A stretch of DNA of 64,000 nucleotides, from positions 736,001 to 800,000 of the forward strand of contig OZ242318.1 of assembly GCA_965208105.1 (NCBI GenBank), in the 5' to 3' direction. The notes beneath the pieces were generated by a model. The model made no database searches, had not been told where the DNA came from, and was given only the letters and a program-made list of their open reading frames with translations. Below, piece by piece: positions 10,541 to 20,792 of this stretch. Origin of the DNA: Candidatus Latescibacterota bacterium (lineage in GTDB: Bacteria; Latescibacterota; UBA2968; UBA8231). Every line of letters begins with the position of its first letter. Within the stretch, counting starts at the first letter, position 1. Both the position numbers and the translations under genes were made by a program.

Positions 10541-10569
10541 TTGACACCTAAAATAATGTTCACTATTAT
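10541..10569 (+). promoter_or_regulatory. sigma70-type promoter overlapped by a direct repeat
   Basis: TTGACA-17 bp-TATTAT, with a second TATAAT at 10582-10587. Confidence 0.7.
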
Positions 10570-10610
10570 ACATGTGTTCATTATAATCCACTTTTCCAAG
10601 GCTGGAAACC

Positions 10611-10718
10611 ATGCTTCAGATACCCAATGACCGAACCGAAAGATTCGCCCAGATCCTCGCCTTGCTGGGTTTCTTCTATCTTTTCCTGCGCGTCGGGCTG
10701 GACCTCTTCCGGGCATAG
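10611..10718 (+). CDS. 35-aa small membrane protein (below the ORF-track cutoff)
   Basis: MLQIPNDRTERFAQILALLGFFYLFLRVGLDLFRA. One hydrophobic helix, directly downstream of a consensus promoter. Confidence 0.5.
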   Translation: MLQIPNDRTERFAQILALLGFFYLFLRVGLDLFRA

Positions 10719-10945
10719 GGCCCGCTCTCTCCTACCATCGGTTCCGGCCATTCCCGGCACTGGTCCCAGGAAAACATCCCTGCCGCGGCCACAGCACCCC
10801 TGCAATACCCATTCCCCGCCTTGCCGCCGTTCTCAATTTTGATTGACTTAATGGATCAATTCATATTCTTTTATGTATCGGTTCGCATTGGTTCCAAATT
10901 GCGGAAACAGCACCCGTCCTTTCTTCGAGCTTCTCCTGTTTCTCA

Positions 10946-11425
10946 TTGAAACGAGATAACCTACAGCGGAAACTCCTTTGGCTTCTGGCTGGCGTATCGG
11001 CCGTTGTGCTGTTGGCCGGATTTGTTGGAAACGGCGCCGAAGATCCAGAAGAACATGCGAGCGCTCCCGCCGTATTTCCGAAATTATCCGAACCTGTTCG
11101 AGTAGAAGTGCTGAATGGCTGCGGCGTGCCTCAAGTGGCCGCGCGCCTGATGAAGAAAGCACGGGCTTTGGGTCTGGGGGTGGACGTAATTCACGAGGGC
11201 AATGCCGAAAGCTTCAACTTTCTCCACACAGTGGTCCTCGACCGCAGCGGGGATATGAACAAGGCGCTGCAAGTGGCCTCGGCCCTGGGAATCCCCAACT
11301 ACGCCCAACAGATCGTAGAGGACTCATACCGCCTTGCCGACGTCTCGATCATCGTCGGCAGAGACTACCATCGTCTCTGGCTGTTCAACGAGAGTACAGG
11401 AAGGGAGCCTTCAGCCCCCGAATGA
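10946..11425 (+). CDS. LytR C-terminal domain membrane protein
   Basis: N-terminal TM; VEVLNGCG..A..GNA...DVSIIVGRDY; typical neighbour of rsfS. Confidence 0.85.
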   Translation: MKRDNLQRKLLWLLAGVSAVVLLAGFVGNGAEDPEEHASAPAVFPKLSEPVRVEVLNGCGVPQVAARLMKKARALGLGVDVIHEGNAESFNFLHTVVLDRSGDMNKALQVASALGIPNYAQQIVEDSYRLADVSIIVGRDYHRLWLFNESTGREPSAPE

Positions 11426-11835
11426 CCTGGCACGAAGATGCAAGGGTGGAAAAGATAGTCGAGGTTCTGCAGAGCAAAAATGCGGTGGACCTCCTGCTCA
11501 TGGATCTGCGCACCGTATCCGATGCGGCCGACTATTTCATCCTCTGCAACGGCACCTCCGATCTGCACGTGAAGACATTGGCTGAGGAAGTGAAGGAACG
11601 ACTCAGGCTGGACGACTGCATCCCCTGGCACATCGAAGGACTGAAGACCAGGCGGTGGGTGCTCATAGACTACGTCGACATCGTGGTGCACATCTTCCGC
11701 AGAGAGACCCGGGAGTACTACGGACTGGAGCGCCTGTGGGGTGATGCGGAAAGCACCGTGTTTGCAGGTACATTGGAAAATGCCATGGAAACACAATCGC
11801 CGGATGGTGACGATTTTGTTTTCTCCAGGTCCTGA
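11422..11835 (+). CDS. rsfS: ribosome silencing factor
   Basis: DYFILCNGTS..HVK, WVLIDYVDIVVHIF, YYGLERLWGD. ATGA overlap with the upstream gene. Confidence 0.95.
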   Translation: MTWHEDARVEKIVEVLQSKNAVDLLLMDLRTVSDAADYFILCNGTSDLHVKTLAEEVKERLRLDDCIPWHIEGLKTRRWVLIDYVDIVVHIFRRETREYYGLERLWGDAESTVFAGTLENAMETQSPDGDDFVFSRS

Positions 11836-12884
11836 TGCCCATCCAAACCCTTAAATGGAAGGACGACGCCCTCGTCCTTCTCGACCAAACCGCTCTTCCC
11901 TCCGAGGTCAACCACCTCACTTGCCGCGAGGTGGAAACCGTTGCCTCGGCGATCGAGGACTTGAAGGTTCGCGGCGCACCCGCGATCGGCATAGCCGCCG
12001 CCTACGGGGTGGTCCTCGGAGCCTTGAAGGCAGTTGAGGACACTCCAGGTAATTTTCGCCGCCAGGTTGGCAGGGCAATCGCCCGTCTCGAACGCACCCG
12101 GCCCACCGCGGTCAACCTGTTCTGGGCGCTGGAGCGCATGCGGCGCATCCTCGATGCGGGAGCGGAACAGGGAAACCGGGAACTGTGCGAAGGGTTGCTG
12201 GAGGAGGCCGAGCGCATCTTTGCGGATGACCGGGCAATCTGCCGCCGACTCGGCCGCCACGGTGCCGAACTGCTCGAAGATGGCCAGACCGCTCTTACTC
12301 ATTGCAATGCCGGCAGCCTGGCCACGGCCGATTACGGTACCGCTCTCGGGGTGATCTATGCCGCTCTCGAGCAGAAAAAAAAGATCAAGGTTTTCGCCGA
12401 CGAAACCCGGCCTCTGCTGCAAGGCGCGCGACTCACAGCCTGGGAGCTCAAGGAAAGCGGCGTGGACGTCACCTTGATCTGCGACAGCATGGCAGCGACG
12501 GTCATGCGCCAGAAGAAGGTCGACTGCGCCATCGTAGGAGCGGACCGAATCGCCGCCAACGGCGACGTGGCCAACAAGGTCGGCACCTATGGACTTGCCG
12601 TTCTTGCGCGTGAACACCAAATCCCCTTCTATGTCGCTGCTCCCGTCTCGACCCTGGATATCGCCCTCGAATCGGGAGCCCGGATACCCATTGAAGAGCG
12701 CCGCGGCGATGAGATCAGCGATGGTTTCGGTATGAGGACGGCCCCGCCGGGCGTGCGAACCTACAACCCGGCATTCGATGTCACTCCCAACGACCTGGTG
12801 ACGGCGATCATTTCCGAAAAGGGTATTGCCAGGCCGCCCTACGAGCCTGTCCTGCGCGACTGGGCAGCGTCAACCAGCAGATGA
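11835..12884 (+). CDS. mtnA: S-methyl-5-thioribose-1-phosphate isomerase
   Basis: LDQT.LP, VRGAPAIG, RPTAVNL, THCNAG, ETRPLLQG, NKVGTY, NPAFDVTP. Confidence 0.96.
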   Translation: MPIQTLKWKDDALVLLDQTALPSEVNHLTCREVETVASAIEDLKVRGAPAIGIAAAYGVVLGALKAVEDTPGNFRRQVGRAIARLERTRPTAVNLFWALERMRRILDAGAEQGNRELCEGLLEEAERIFADDRAICRRLGRHGAELLEDGQTALTHCNAGSLATADYGTALGVIYAALEQKKKIKVFADETRPLLQGARLTAWELKESGVDVTLICDSMAATVMRQKKVDCAIVGADRIAANGDVANKVGTYGLAVLAREHQIPFYVAAPVSTLDIALESGARIPIEERRGDEISDGFGMRTAPPGVRTYNPAFDVTPNDLVTAIISEKGIARPPYEPVLRDWAASTSR

Positions 12885-12919
12885 GGGCATCCCTTTGGCA
12901 AGCGACCTGGATCAGAACC

Positions 12920-13711
12920 ATGAGACGATGTAATGCATTGATTCTGGCTCTGGCACTGTGGACCGGCTGCGCCACAACCCCCCGGGCAGAGAGATCGGAG
13001 CTGAAGCCGCCTCAGGCAGAGCGCTTCGACCCCCGGTCCCTGGGTGAAGACCAGGTGCTGATCCAACCGGAATTCGATCGCCCCGCCGCGGCCCAGGGAG
13101 AAGAACCCGGGGGCATTCAAGTTTACCGGGTTCAAATCATGAGCCTGAGCTTCGAGGCGAAAGCACGGCAGAAGGCGGAAGAACTGGAAAGGGTTCTTGG
13201 AGTGCCGGTCCTGGTAGAGTCCGAGCGAGGGCTGTTCATGGTGCGCGCCGGCGCATTTCGATCTGCCGCCGAAGCCGCCATTCTCCTGCAACGGCTCCGG
13301 GAAATGGGCTCCCGCTACGCGGACTCCTTCGTGGTGGTTCGCGAGCAGAGCATCGATCCGGACAAGGCCGGCTCCGGTCCCCTGGACCTGACCGCCGAAA
13401 CCCCGACAGCGGCGGGCACCGTCGGTGAATCTTCGGTTTCGGACTCAGTCCTCGTTCCCGCCTTCGGCTGGCGCGTTCAGATCGGACAGTTCAAGACCCA
13501 TGAGGAAGCTGCCCGCTTGAAGGAAAAGGCCCGTCGCCATCTGAAGCGCAGCGATATCGACGTTATCTTCAAGGCACCCTGGTACAGGGTCCAGGTCGGC
13601 CACTATCGCTATGAAGCGGAAGCCCGCGAGTGGGCCGAAAGGCTTGGAGCCAGAGGATATCACACCCTTCGGGTAAGGGGCCAGGTGTTTCTGCCGCTGG
13701 AGCGAAGATGA
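12920..13711 (+). CDS. lipoprotein with two SPOR domains
   Basis: Lipobox WTGC; two YRVQI/WRVQIG..F...A SPOR repeats. Confidence 0.8.
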   Translation: MRRCNALILALALWTGCATTPRAERSELKPPQAERFDPRSLGEDQVLIQPEFDRPAAAQGEEPGGIQVYRVQIMSLSFEAKARQKAEELERVLGVPVLVESERGLFMVRAGAFRSAAEAAILLQRLREMGSRYADSFVVVREQSIDPDKAGSGPLDLTAETPTAAGTVGESSVSDSVLVPAFGWRVQIGQFKTHEEAARLKEKARRHLKRSDIDVIFKAPWYRVQVGHYRYEAEAREWAERLGARGYHTLRVRGQVFLPLERR

Positions 13712-15678
13712 TCAGGAAGTCCCTGCCGCTTCATCTGCTTCTTGCCGGGCTCCTGCAGGCCGCCTGCTCCCCCCCCTGGCCTGCTCCTCCTCCCGCTCCT
13801 CGTCCCGCAGCAGTAATCCCCGATACCACATCCGTTCTTCCCGACAGCACCTTCGACGACAGGACGGCCGTCCAGGCGGCGCGCTGGCACCTGCTGCGCG
13901 CTGAGGAAGCCCTGGCCTGCAGCCTGTTCGAGGTGGCTCAGGAGGACCTGGACCGCGCCCTGGACATCCTGACGGGGATCGAGACGGGTGACGGGGACCA
14001 GAACGTGGCGGAAGCAGAGCTGGACTTCCTCGGCGAAGCCGTCGAAAGAACCTACCTGACACTGCTCCCGAACCTTCGGCACCTTTCCCCGGACAGCCCC
14101 CTGACACTCCTCCTCGAAGGAGTGTCCGAGGAGGTGATTGAAGACCTTCCCCCCGACGCGGCGCCCTTCGTGCGCATCCACCAGTTGAGCGGACAGTGCG
14201 ACGTACCCATCGACGCCAACCCCAAGGTGGCGGCCAGCATTCACTTTTTTCAGTCCCGGGGCAAAAAGACATTTGCCGCATGGATGAAGCGCTCCGGACG
14301 CTACCGCTCCCTCATCCTCGACGCCCTGCGCGCAGAGGGCCTGCCGGAAGATCTATTTTACATCGCCATGATCGAAAGTGGGTTCAATCCCCGGGCGCGC
14401 TCCCGCGCTCATGCGGTGGGCCTCTGGCAATTCATGGAATCCACCGCCCGGCTCGAAGGCCTGCACAGGACCCACTGGGTTGACGAACGGCGGGACCCGG
14501 GAAAATCCACCCGGGCAGCCGCCCGGCATCTCAAGGACCTGCACCGCCAATTTCGCGATTGGCGTCTGGCCCTCGCAGCCTACAACGCAGGCCGGGGCCG
14601 CGTTTCGCGAGCCGTAGAGCGGGCGGGAACCCGCGATTTCTGGAGCTTGAATCTGCCGCGCGAAACCAGAAACTACGTGCCCCTTTTCATGGCCGCCGCC
14701 ATCATCTCCAAGGACCCCGGACTCTTCGGCTTCCCGCTGATCGAAGAAGACTCTCCCATGAGTTTCGAAGGTGTTGAGCTGCCACGGCCCACCATGCTGG
14801 AAACCGCCGCAAGGTGCATGCGCACAAGTGTGGCAACCCTCCGTCACCTCAACCCCGAACTGCGCCGGTCCATAACTCCACCCCACTTTGAGAATGCCTA
14901 TAACCTGAAGGTCCCTGCCGGCAAGGGGCAGAGCTTACTCCAATGTTATTCCCGGCTCCCCGAAAGCGAGAAACATCTCGCCTGGTTCGACTACCGGGTG
15001 AAGCCAAGGGACAACATCTCGAGCATCGGGCGCAATTTCGGGGTCTCACCAAGGCTCATCATAGCCGCCAACAATCTCCGCAATCCCAACCGCATCTATC
15101 CCGGGCAACTTCTTCACATTCCCGCTCCCGGGGCGCACCGACGGGTCCGGGCGCCCGCCTCCGGCGGCAGGACGATCTACACCGTCAAGCCCGGAGACTC
15201 CCTGAGCCGAATCGCCTCCGAGCACGGTGTTGGGGTCGGCCTCCTGAAAAGTTGGAACACCCTCGGCAGTGACGTCATTCATCCGGGGGACCACTTGATC
15301 GTCCGGAAGCCGCCACAGGCACACCCGGAAGGGCAGCCTGACCCTCTCCCTTCCAATGGGGGCAAAATCCACATCGTCCAAGCCGGGGAAACCCTGTGGA
15401 ATATTTCGCGGCGTTTCGCCGTCGGTCTGGAGAACCTGAAACTGCGCAATAACCTGAAGGGAACCCTGATTCATCCGGGGCAGAAACTGATCATCCCACC
15501 AAGGTATCTACTCGGCAAAATTCTCTATGTAGTGGCAAAAGGGGACACGCTCTACAGTATCGCGCGCAAATTCGGGCTGCGGGCAAGGGACATTGCCCGG
15601 GAGAACAATATCAGCCTCTCCACCACTCTGTTGCCGGGAATGACCCTGGAAATAAACAAGCAGGGAGCAGCCGATTAA
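13708..15678 (+). CDS. mltD: lytic murein transglycosylase with LysM repeats (MltD-like lipoprotein)
   Basis: MIES, AVGLWQF, AYNAG, ETRNYV; four LysM repeats. Confidence 0.85.
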   Translation: MIRKSLPLHLLLAGLLQAACSPPWPAPPPAPRPAAVIPDTTSVLPDSTFDDRTAVQAARWHLLRAEEALACSLFEVAQEDLDRALDILTGIETGDGDQNVAEAELDFLGEAVERTYLTLLPNLRHLSPDSPLTLLLEGVSEEVIEDLPPDAAPFVRIHQLSGQCDVPIDANPKVAASIHFFQSRGKKTFAAWMKRSGRYRSLILDALRAEGLPEDLFYIAMIESGFNPRARSRAHAVGLWQFMESTARLEGLHRTHWVDERRDPGKSTRAAARHLKDLHRQFRDWRLALAAYNAGRGRVSRAVERAGTRDFWSLNLPRETRNYVPLFMAAAIISKDPGLFGFPLIEEDSPMSFEGVELPRPTMLETAARCMRTSVATLRHLNPELRRSITPPHFENAYNLKVPAGKGQSLLQCYSRLPESEKHLAWFDYRVKPRDNISSIGRNFGVSPRLIIAANNLRNPNRIYPGQLLHIPAPGAHRRVRAPASGGRTIYTVKPGDSLSRIASEHGVGVGLLKSWNTLGSDVIHPGDHLIVRKPPQAHPEGQPDPLPSNGGKIHIVQAGETLWNISRRFAVGLENLKLRNNLKGTLIHPGQKLIIPPRYLLGKILYVVAKGDTLYSIARKFGLRARDIARENNISLSTTLLPGMTLEINKQGAAD

Positions 15679-15681
15679 AAC

Positions 15682-16167
15682 ATGACGGTAATGAAACTCG
15701 CCCTGTTCCTGGCATTGGCATTCATTCTGCAAACTACCTGGATCCGTCTTTTCGAAATTCTCGATCTGAAGCCTGACCTGATCGTCCTGGCCCTGGTGTA
15801 CGTCGCTCTCGCCGCCGGGGCAATCAAGGCCACCATTTTCGGTTTCTGCATTGGTTTCACTCAGGACATCCACGCTCCGGACGATCTCGGCCTCAATGCC
15901 CTGATCGACTCCATTATCGGCTTCGCCGTAGGTTGGTGCCGCGTGGGCATCATGGTCGACAACATCCAGGCCCAGGTCGCTCTCGTCGTCGGTGCCGTGC
16001 TGGTGCACGACTTGATCTACTACGTGGGCCAGAGCGGCACGGCACTGGGGGACGTTCCACTTTTCTGGCTGCGATACAGTCTGGGGAGATCCCTCTACAC
16101 CGGGTTGATCGGCCTGCTCCTGTCCTACCTGCTGCTCCTGCGCCGCCGGCGTTTATTCGAGTCCTGA
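15682..16167 (+). CDS. mreD: rod shape-determining protein MreD
   Basis: KPDL.., GF.IG..QD, G.NAL motifs; hydrophobic; precedes mrdA. Confidence 0.85.
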   Translation: MTVMKLALFLALAFILQTTWIRLFEILDLKPDLIVLALVYVALAAGAIKATIFGFCIGFTQDIHAPDDLGLNALIDSIIGFAVGWCRVGIMVDNIQAQVALVVGAVLVHDLIYYVGQSGTALGDVPLFWLRYSLGRSLYTGLIGLLLSYLLLLRRRRLFES

Positions 16168-16174
16168 ACAAATC

Positions 16175-17953
16175 ATGATGGGCCCTGCAATCCCGAACGA
16201 GAAACCGGCGAAGATGATCGGCCTGTCCGCCCTGGTTTTGGCCGCCTTTGCCATTCTCATTTTCCGCCTCTTCTATCTGCAGGTAACGACTTCGGAAGAC
16301 TATGCGCGCGAATCGGATGAAAACCACATCGCCCAGAAGCGCATCAAGGCTCCCCGCGGACTGATCTACGACCGAGAGGGAAAAGTCCTCGTCCGCAACC
16401 GCCTTTCCTACACCATCTTTTTGATTCGCTCGACACGCCAGAACGACGCAAGGGCGGTGGCCGCTCTGCAGCAGGCTACCGGTTATTCCGAGATCAGCCT
16501 GAACCGGAAGCTGCGCTCCATCCCCCTGAAACGCGACGTGGACTTTCGCACCGTTTCCATAGTCGAAGAGCGCCTCCGGGACGAATGGCCGCTGGGGATC
16601 GAGATAGAACTCCAGCGTTCCTATCCCTTCAATAGTACTGCCGCCCATTTATTGGGATACCTGGGTGAGTTGCAGGAGGAAGACAAAGGATGGGCTCGAG
16701 ACAGGAATTACGTCCCCGGTGACTTTGTCGGGAAAACGGGCATCGAAAAGGTTTACGAAGACCATCTGCGCGGCAAGGATGGTGTTCGCTTCATCGAGGT
16801 GGATGCCAAGTACCGAATCAGAAAAGAATTTCCCGGGCGGGGACAGCCCGCCCAACCGGGTCGTGATTTGCAACTTACCATCGACCTGGGCGTGCAGAAA
16901 GCCGCCGAGAAAGCACTGCCGGACACCCTTGCCGGCAGCGTGGTTGCCCTCGACCCCCGGACCGGAGCCATCATCGCCCTGGCCAGCAAGCCTTCCTTCG
17001 ACCCCAACGACTTCGTGTCCTTCCAGGCTCAACTAGAGCGCACCCAGGTTTTGCGCAACAGGGCCAAACCCCTCCTCAACCGGTCAATTTCCGGCCACTA
17101 TCCTCCAGGCTCCACCCTGAAAATGGTGACGTCGATCGCCGCGCTTGAGACCGGAATCATCGATGGCCGCGGCACATTCAAAAACTGCACCGGAGCACTG
17201 AAGGTCGGCGACGTCATCTTTCGCTGCTTCAAAAGAGACGGCCACGGCAAAGTCAACCTCCTGGAGGCGACTGAAACCTCCTGCAACATCTTTTTCCAGC
17301 AACTGGCTCAGGCCATGAGCATCGAAACCTGGAGGGAATACGCGGCGAAATTGGGGTTCGGCCACCCCACGGGGATACTCCTGGATCCGAGGGAGAACGA
17401 CGGTCTGCTGCCTTCACGCCAGTACCACCGTGAAAGGGAGGGATGGAGCCAGGGACATCTGCTGAATCTGGCCATCGGCCAGGGCGCAATGCTCGTCACT
17501 CCCATACAAATGGCGCGTTACGCAGCCGCCCTCGGGAACGGAGGTTACCTGGTGACCCCCTTCGTCTCCGGAACACCTCCGCCTCCCAAACCAATCCAGG
17601 GTATCTCGGCAAGGACCCTCGAAATCGTCAAGAAGTCCATGCTCCGCGTCATCCACGGTAAACGTGGGACCGGCAGAAAGGTGCGGATAGACGGGCTCGA
17701 AATCGCCGGGAAGAGCGGAACCGCTGAGGGGCCCAGGTCCGACAGCGATGCCTGGTTCGTGGCGTTTGCTCCTTTCGACAAGCCCACCATTGCCGTGGCC
17801 GTGGTGGTAGAAGGCGGAGGGGGAGGAGGATCTGTGGCCGGTCCCGTCGCCCGGAAGGTGATGGAAGCATTCTTCGAAGACCGACTCGCCGTCCCTCCGC
17901 CGGTGGACCACCTCCCACCAGGAGTCCGGGAAACGGGCTGGGCTCTGCGCTAG
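16175..17953 (+). CDS. mrdA: penicillin-binding protein 2
   Basis: APRGLIYDR, STLK (SxxK), SCN, KSG motifs. Confidence 0.93.
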   Translation: MMGPAIPNEKPAKMIGLSALVLAAFAILIFRLFYLQVTTSEDYARESDENHIAQKRIKAPRGLIYDREGKVLVRNRLSYTIFLIRSTRQNDARAVAALQQATGYSEISLNRKLRSIPLKRDVDFRTVSIVEERLRDEWPLGIEIELQRSYPFNSTAAHLLGYLGELQEEDKGWARDRNYVPGDFVGKTGIEKVYEDHLRGKDGVRFIEVDAKYRIRKEFPGRGQPAQPGRDLQLTIDLGVQKAAEKALPDTLAGSVVALDPRTGAIIALASKPSFDPNDFVSFQAQLERTQVLRNRAKPLLNRSISGHYPPGSTLKMVTSIAALETGIIDGRGTFKNCTGALKVGDVIFRCFKRDGHGKVNLLEATETSCNIFFQQLAQAMSIETWREYAAKLGFGHPTGILLDPRENDGLLPSRQYHREREGWSQGHLLNLAIGQGAMLVTPIQMARYAAALGNGGYLVTPFVSGTPPPPKPIQGISARTLEIVKKSMLRVIHGKRGTGRKVRIDGLEIAGKSGTAEGPRSDSDAWFVAFAPFDKPTIAVAVVVEGGGGGGSVAGPVARKVMEAFFEDRLAVPPPVDHLPPGVRETGWALR

Positions 17954-18104
17954 TGTTCCGTCGCAGAGATAGGTTGACGAAATCGGGCCGCCGAGGCGGC
18001 CGGCTCACAAGGCGCCTGAGCGAGTCGTACCAGGGGTGTACGGCGAGTGAAGGCAACGCCGTGAGCCGGGATGGAGCGGCGGAATAATGGCGACATATTT
18101 CTGC
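17950..18104 (+). mobile_element. MITE copy with truncated right end, inserted at the mrdA TAG stop
   Basis: About 94% identical (9 mismatches in ~155 nt by hand) to the reverse complement of 20625-20792. Confidence 0.85.
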
Positions 18105-18273
18105 TAGGGCCCCGGCAGGCGGGAATCGCGCAGATTTCGGCGCCGCGGCCGGCTCGCCCTGCCATCAGGGGAGTGCAAGGAGATGGATCGGCGCCGAAAT
18201 GGAACCTGGGCATACCTCAGATAGAATCGAAGTCACCGGTATTGGCGTGCAACCTGACTTTGTGAGCCCGTGA

Positions 18274-19518
18274 GTGAAACTGGTACGCGACATCGATTAC
18301 CTGCTGCTTGGCACTGCCCTGGTGACCATCCTGACCGGGGTCGTCATGATCTACAGTGCAACCCTTCACAGCGAAACCTTCGGAGCGGTATGGCAAAAAC
18401 AACTGAGCTATGCACTCATATCCGGTCTGGTTGCCATCCTGATCCTCTACCTCCCCAACAAGCTCCTGTACGGACTGGCCTATCCTGTCTACACCGTAAG
18501 TCTGCTTAGCCTGGTGGCGGTCCTGTTCTGGGGTACGGGTGAAGACGCCGCGCGCTGGTTGAGCCTCGGTCCTGGAAGCTTCTTCAGCCTGCAGCCCTCC
18601 GAATTCGCCAAAATCAGCACCGTCATCGCCCTGGCGCGCTACCTGAGCGATTCCGCCGTATCGGCCATCAACGGTGCCCGCGGCTTTCTCGGCACCCTTT
18701 TCATCACCCTGGTCCCCATGGTCCTCGTGGTCTACCAGCCAGACTTGGGAACGGCGGTTTTCTTTGCGGTCATTCTGTTCCCGATGCTCTATTGGGCCGG
18801 CATGCGCCGCCTGTCCATTTTTCTCATGATAGCTCCCCTGCTCAGCGTGGCCTTTTCCTTCGAGCCCTTGTGGCAGTCGGCATCTCCATTTCTCTTCGCC
18901 GCCTTCATAATCATCAGCTCCGTCGCCGTTCATTTGATCGCGGTCAACCTGTGGCTTACCACAACGGTGGTCGTAGTCAACCTTGCGGCCGGCCTCATCA
19001 CCGTGTACCTGTGGACCAGTTTTCTTCACGATTACCAGAAAGCACGCATACTCACCTTTCTCGATCCGGAGAACGACCGCCTCGGGACTGGATGGAACAT
19101 CATTCAGTCCAAGATAGCCATCGGCTCCGGAGGGTCCACGGGGAAAGGATTTCTTCAAGGCACCCAAACCAAGTACGAATTCCTTCCTGCCGCCCACACG
19201 GATTTTATTTTCGCAGCCATTGGCGAGGAGTTCGGCTTCCTGGGCGCCTTGTTTGTGCTGGCGCTCTTTTTCGCCCTTATCAGCCGAGCCCTGTATATCG
19301 GGTTCATTGCCAAAAACCGCTTCCACAGCCAGATCGCAATCGGCCTGGCCTTCATGTTTGCATTTCACGTCTTCGTCAACATCGGCATGACCGTCGGAGT
19401 CATGCCGGTGACGGGCTTGCCCCTGCCCTTCCTGAGCTACGGTGGTTCTTCCCTGATGTCCAACTCGATCGCCGTGGGCCTGCTTCTTCACACCTACGCC
19501 AATCGCCACGAATATTAA
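18274..19518 (+). CDS. rodA: rod shape-determining protein RodA (SEDS)
   Basis: QPSEFAK, QPDLGT, QSKIAIGSGG, PAAHTDFIF, GLPLPFLSYGGSS. Confidence 0.95.
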   Translation: MKLVRDIDYLLLGTALVTILTGVVMIYSATLHSETFGAVWQKQLSYALISGLVAILILYLPNKLLYGLAYPVYTVSLLSLVAVLFWGTGEDAARWLSLGPGSFFSLQPSEFAKISTVIALARYLSDSAVSAINGARGFLGTLFITLVPMVLVVYQPDLGTAVFFAVILFPMLYWAGMRRLSIFLMIAPLLSVAFSFEPLWQSASPFLFAAFIIISSVAVHLIAVNLWLTTTVVVVNLAAGLITVYLWTSFLHDYQKARILTFLDPENDRLGTGWNIIQSKIAIGSGGSTGKGFLQGTQTKYEFLPAAHTDFIFAAIGEEFGFLGALFVLALFFALISRALYIGFIAKNRFHSQIAIGLAFMFAFHVFVNIGMTVGVMPVTGLPLPFLSYGGSSLMSNSIAVGLLLHTYANRHEY

Positions 19519-20628
19519 ATGAAATCCCCTCTCCCTACATTTGTTTGCCTGGCATTGGCGGGGGTCTTTGTCATCGATCACCCGCATTGCGGCAACAAGG
19601 TGGTCAACCATCGCCAGCTGGCCATACTCTACCTGGAAAACGGGCAGTACAACCGTTCTCTGATGGAAGCCGGGCGCGCCCTGCGCAAGGACGGGGGCGA
19701 TGCCACCATGCACATGATTGCCGCCTTGGCACATCGCGGACTGGACCAAATGGAGGGGGCTTACGACTCCTTTGAAAAAGCCATTATGCTCGATCCCGAC
19801 AACGAGAGAATCCACGCGACCCTGAGGAGGATCTGCCAGCAGGACGAGGGCTTCGCCCGGGCACGCCCAATTTTGGAACGATTGCATCGGAAATATCCCG
19901 ATAGCGCCAGGATCCAGGTCAGCCTGGGCTGGGCCTGCAGCAACCTGGATGAAGAAAGCAGGGCCATCGAGCTATTGGAGGAAGCCATCTCCGGAGGCAA
20001 TGCCGAGATCTTCGCCTACATCCACCTGAGCCGCATATACCTCCAAACAGAGCGTTTCAACCGGGCAACCCGGCTATTGGAGGAAGCCCTGAGCATTTAT
20101 CCGGAGAATGGGCAGTTGCACATCATCCTGGGGGAACTCCACCTCGGGCAAGGCCGTTTCCAGGAAGCGGAATCCAGTTTTGCCAATGCCATGGAGAAAG
20201 ACAGGGCTCCAGCGAAAGCTGCCATCCAGATCGCCCGTCACCACTACGACCTGGGCATGCGCCGCAAGGCCATCGAGTACTACGAGCACGCCATGGAACA
20301 GGGAAGTCCGGGCGCCCTCCTCCTCAACAACCTGGCATGGGCATATGGCGAAGAGAACATTCATCTCCAGCGGGCCCTCGAGCTGTCTCTTCAGGCTGTA
20401 AAGCTGGAAGCAGAAAACGTGGTTTACCTCGATACATATGCCGAACTGCTCTTTTTAACCAGCCAGTACCCGCAAGCCATCGCCATCATGCGCCGGGCCC
20501 TGGAGCTGGAACCGGAGGAGGGAGATCACTACGAGTATCTGCACGCACAGATGCGTAAATTCCGCCAGATGGGAGCGCCTGCTGCCGCGGCCACCGGAGA
20601 TGTAGATGATTCCCAAGGTGGAAACTAG
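19519..20628 (+). CDS. tetratricopeptide repeat protein
   Basis: Multiple TPRs; LNNLAW...YLDTYA C-terminal signature. Confidence 0.85.
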   Translation: MKSPLPTFVCLALAGVFVIDHPHCGNKVVNHRQLAILYLENGQYNRSLMEAGRALRKDGGDATMHMIAALAHRGLDQMEGAYDSFEKAIMLDPDNERIHATLRRICQQDEGFARARPILERLHRKYPDSARIQVSLGWACSNLDEESRAIELLEEAISGGNAEIFAYIHLSRIYLQTERFNRATRLLEEALSIYPENGQLHIILGELHLGQGRFQEAESSFANAMEKDRAPAKAAIQIARHHYDLGMRRKAIEYYEHAMEQGSPGALLLNNLAWAYGEENIHLQRALELSLQAVKLEAENVVYLDTYAELLFLTSQYPQAIAIMRRALELEPEEGDHYEYLHAQMRKFRQMGAPAAAATGDVDDSQGGN

Positions 20629-20792
20629 TGTCCCGTCGCAGAAATTTGTCGCCATTATTCCACCGATCCATCCCGGCTCACGGCGTTGCCTTCACTCGCC
20701 GTACACCACTGGTACGACTCGCTCAGGCGCCTGGTGAGCCGGGCGCCTCGGCGGCTCAATTTCGTCAACCTATCTCTGCGACGGGACACTAG
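20625..20792. mobile_element. complete 168-bp MITE with terminal inverted repeats
   Basis: 18-bp perfect TIR CTAGTGTCCCGTCGCAGA...TCTGCGACGGGACACTAG (CTAG included). No coding capacity; internal ccggctcac/gtgagccgg stem. Confidence 0.9.
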
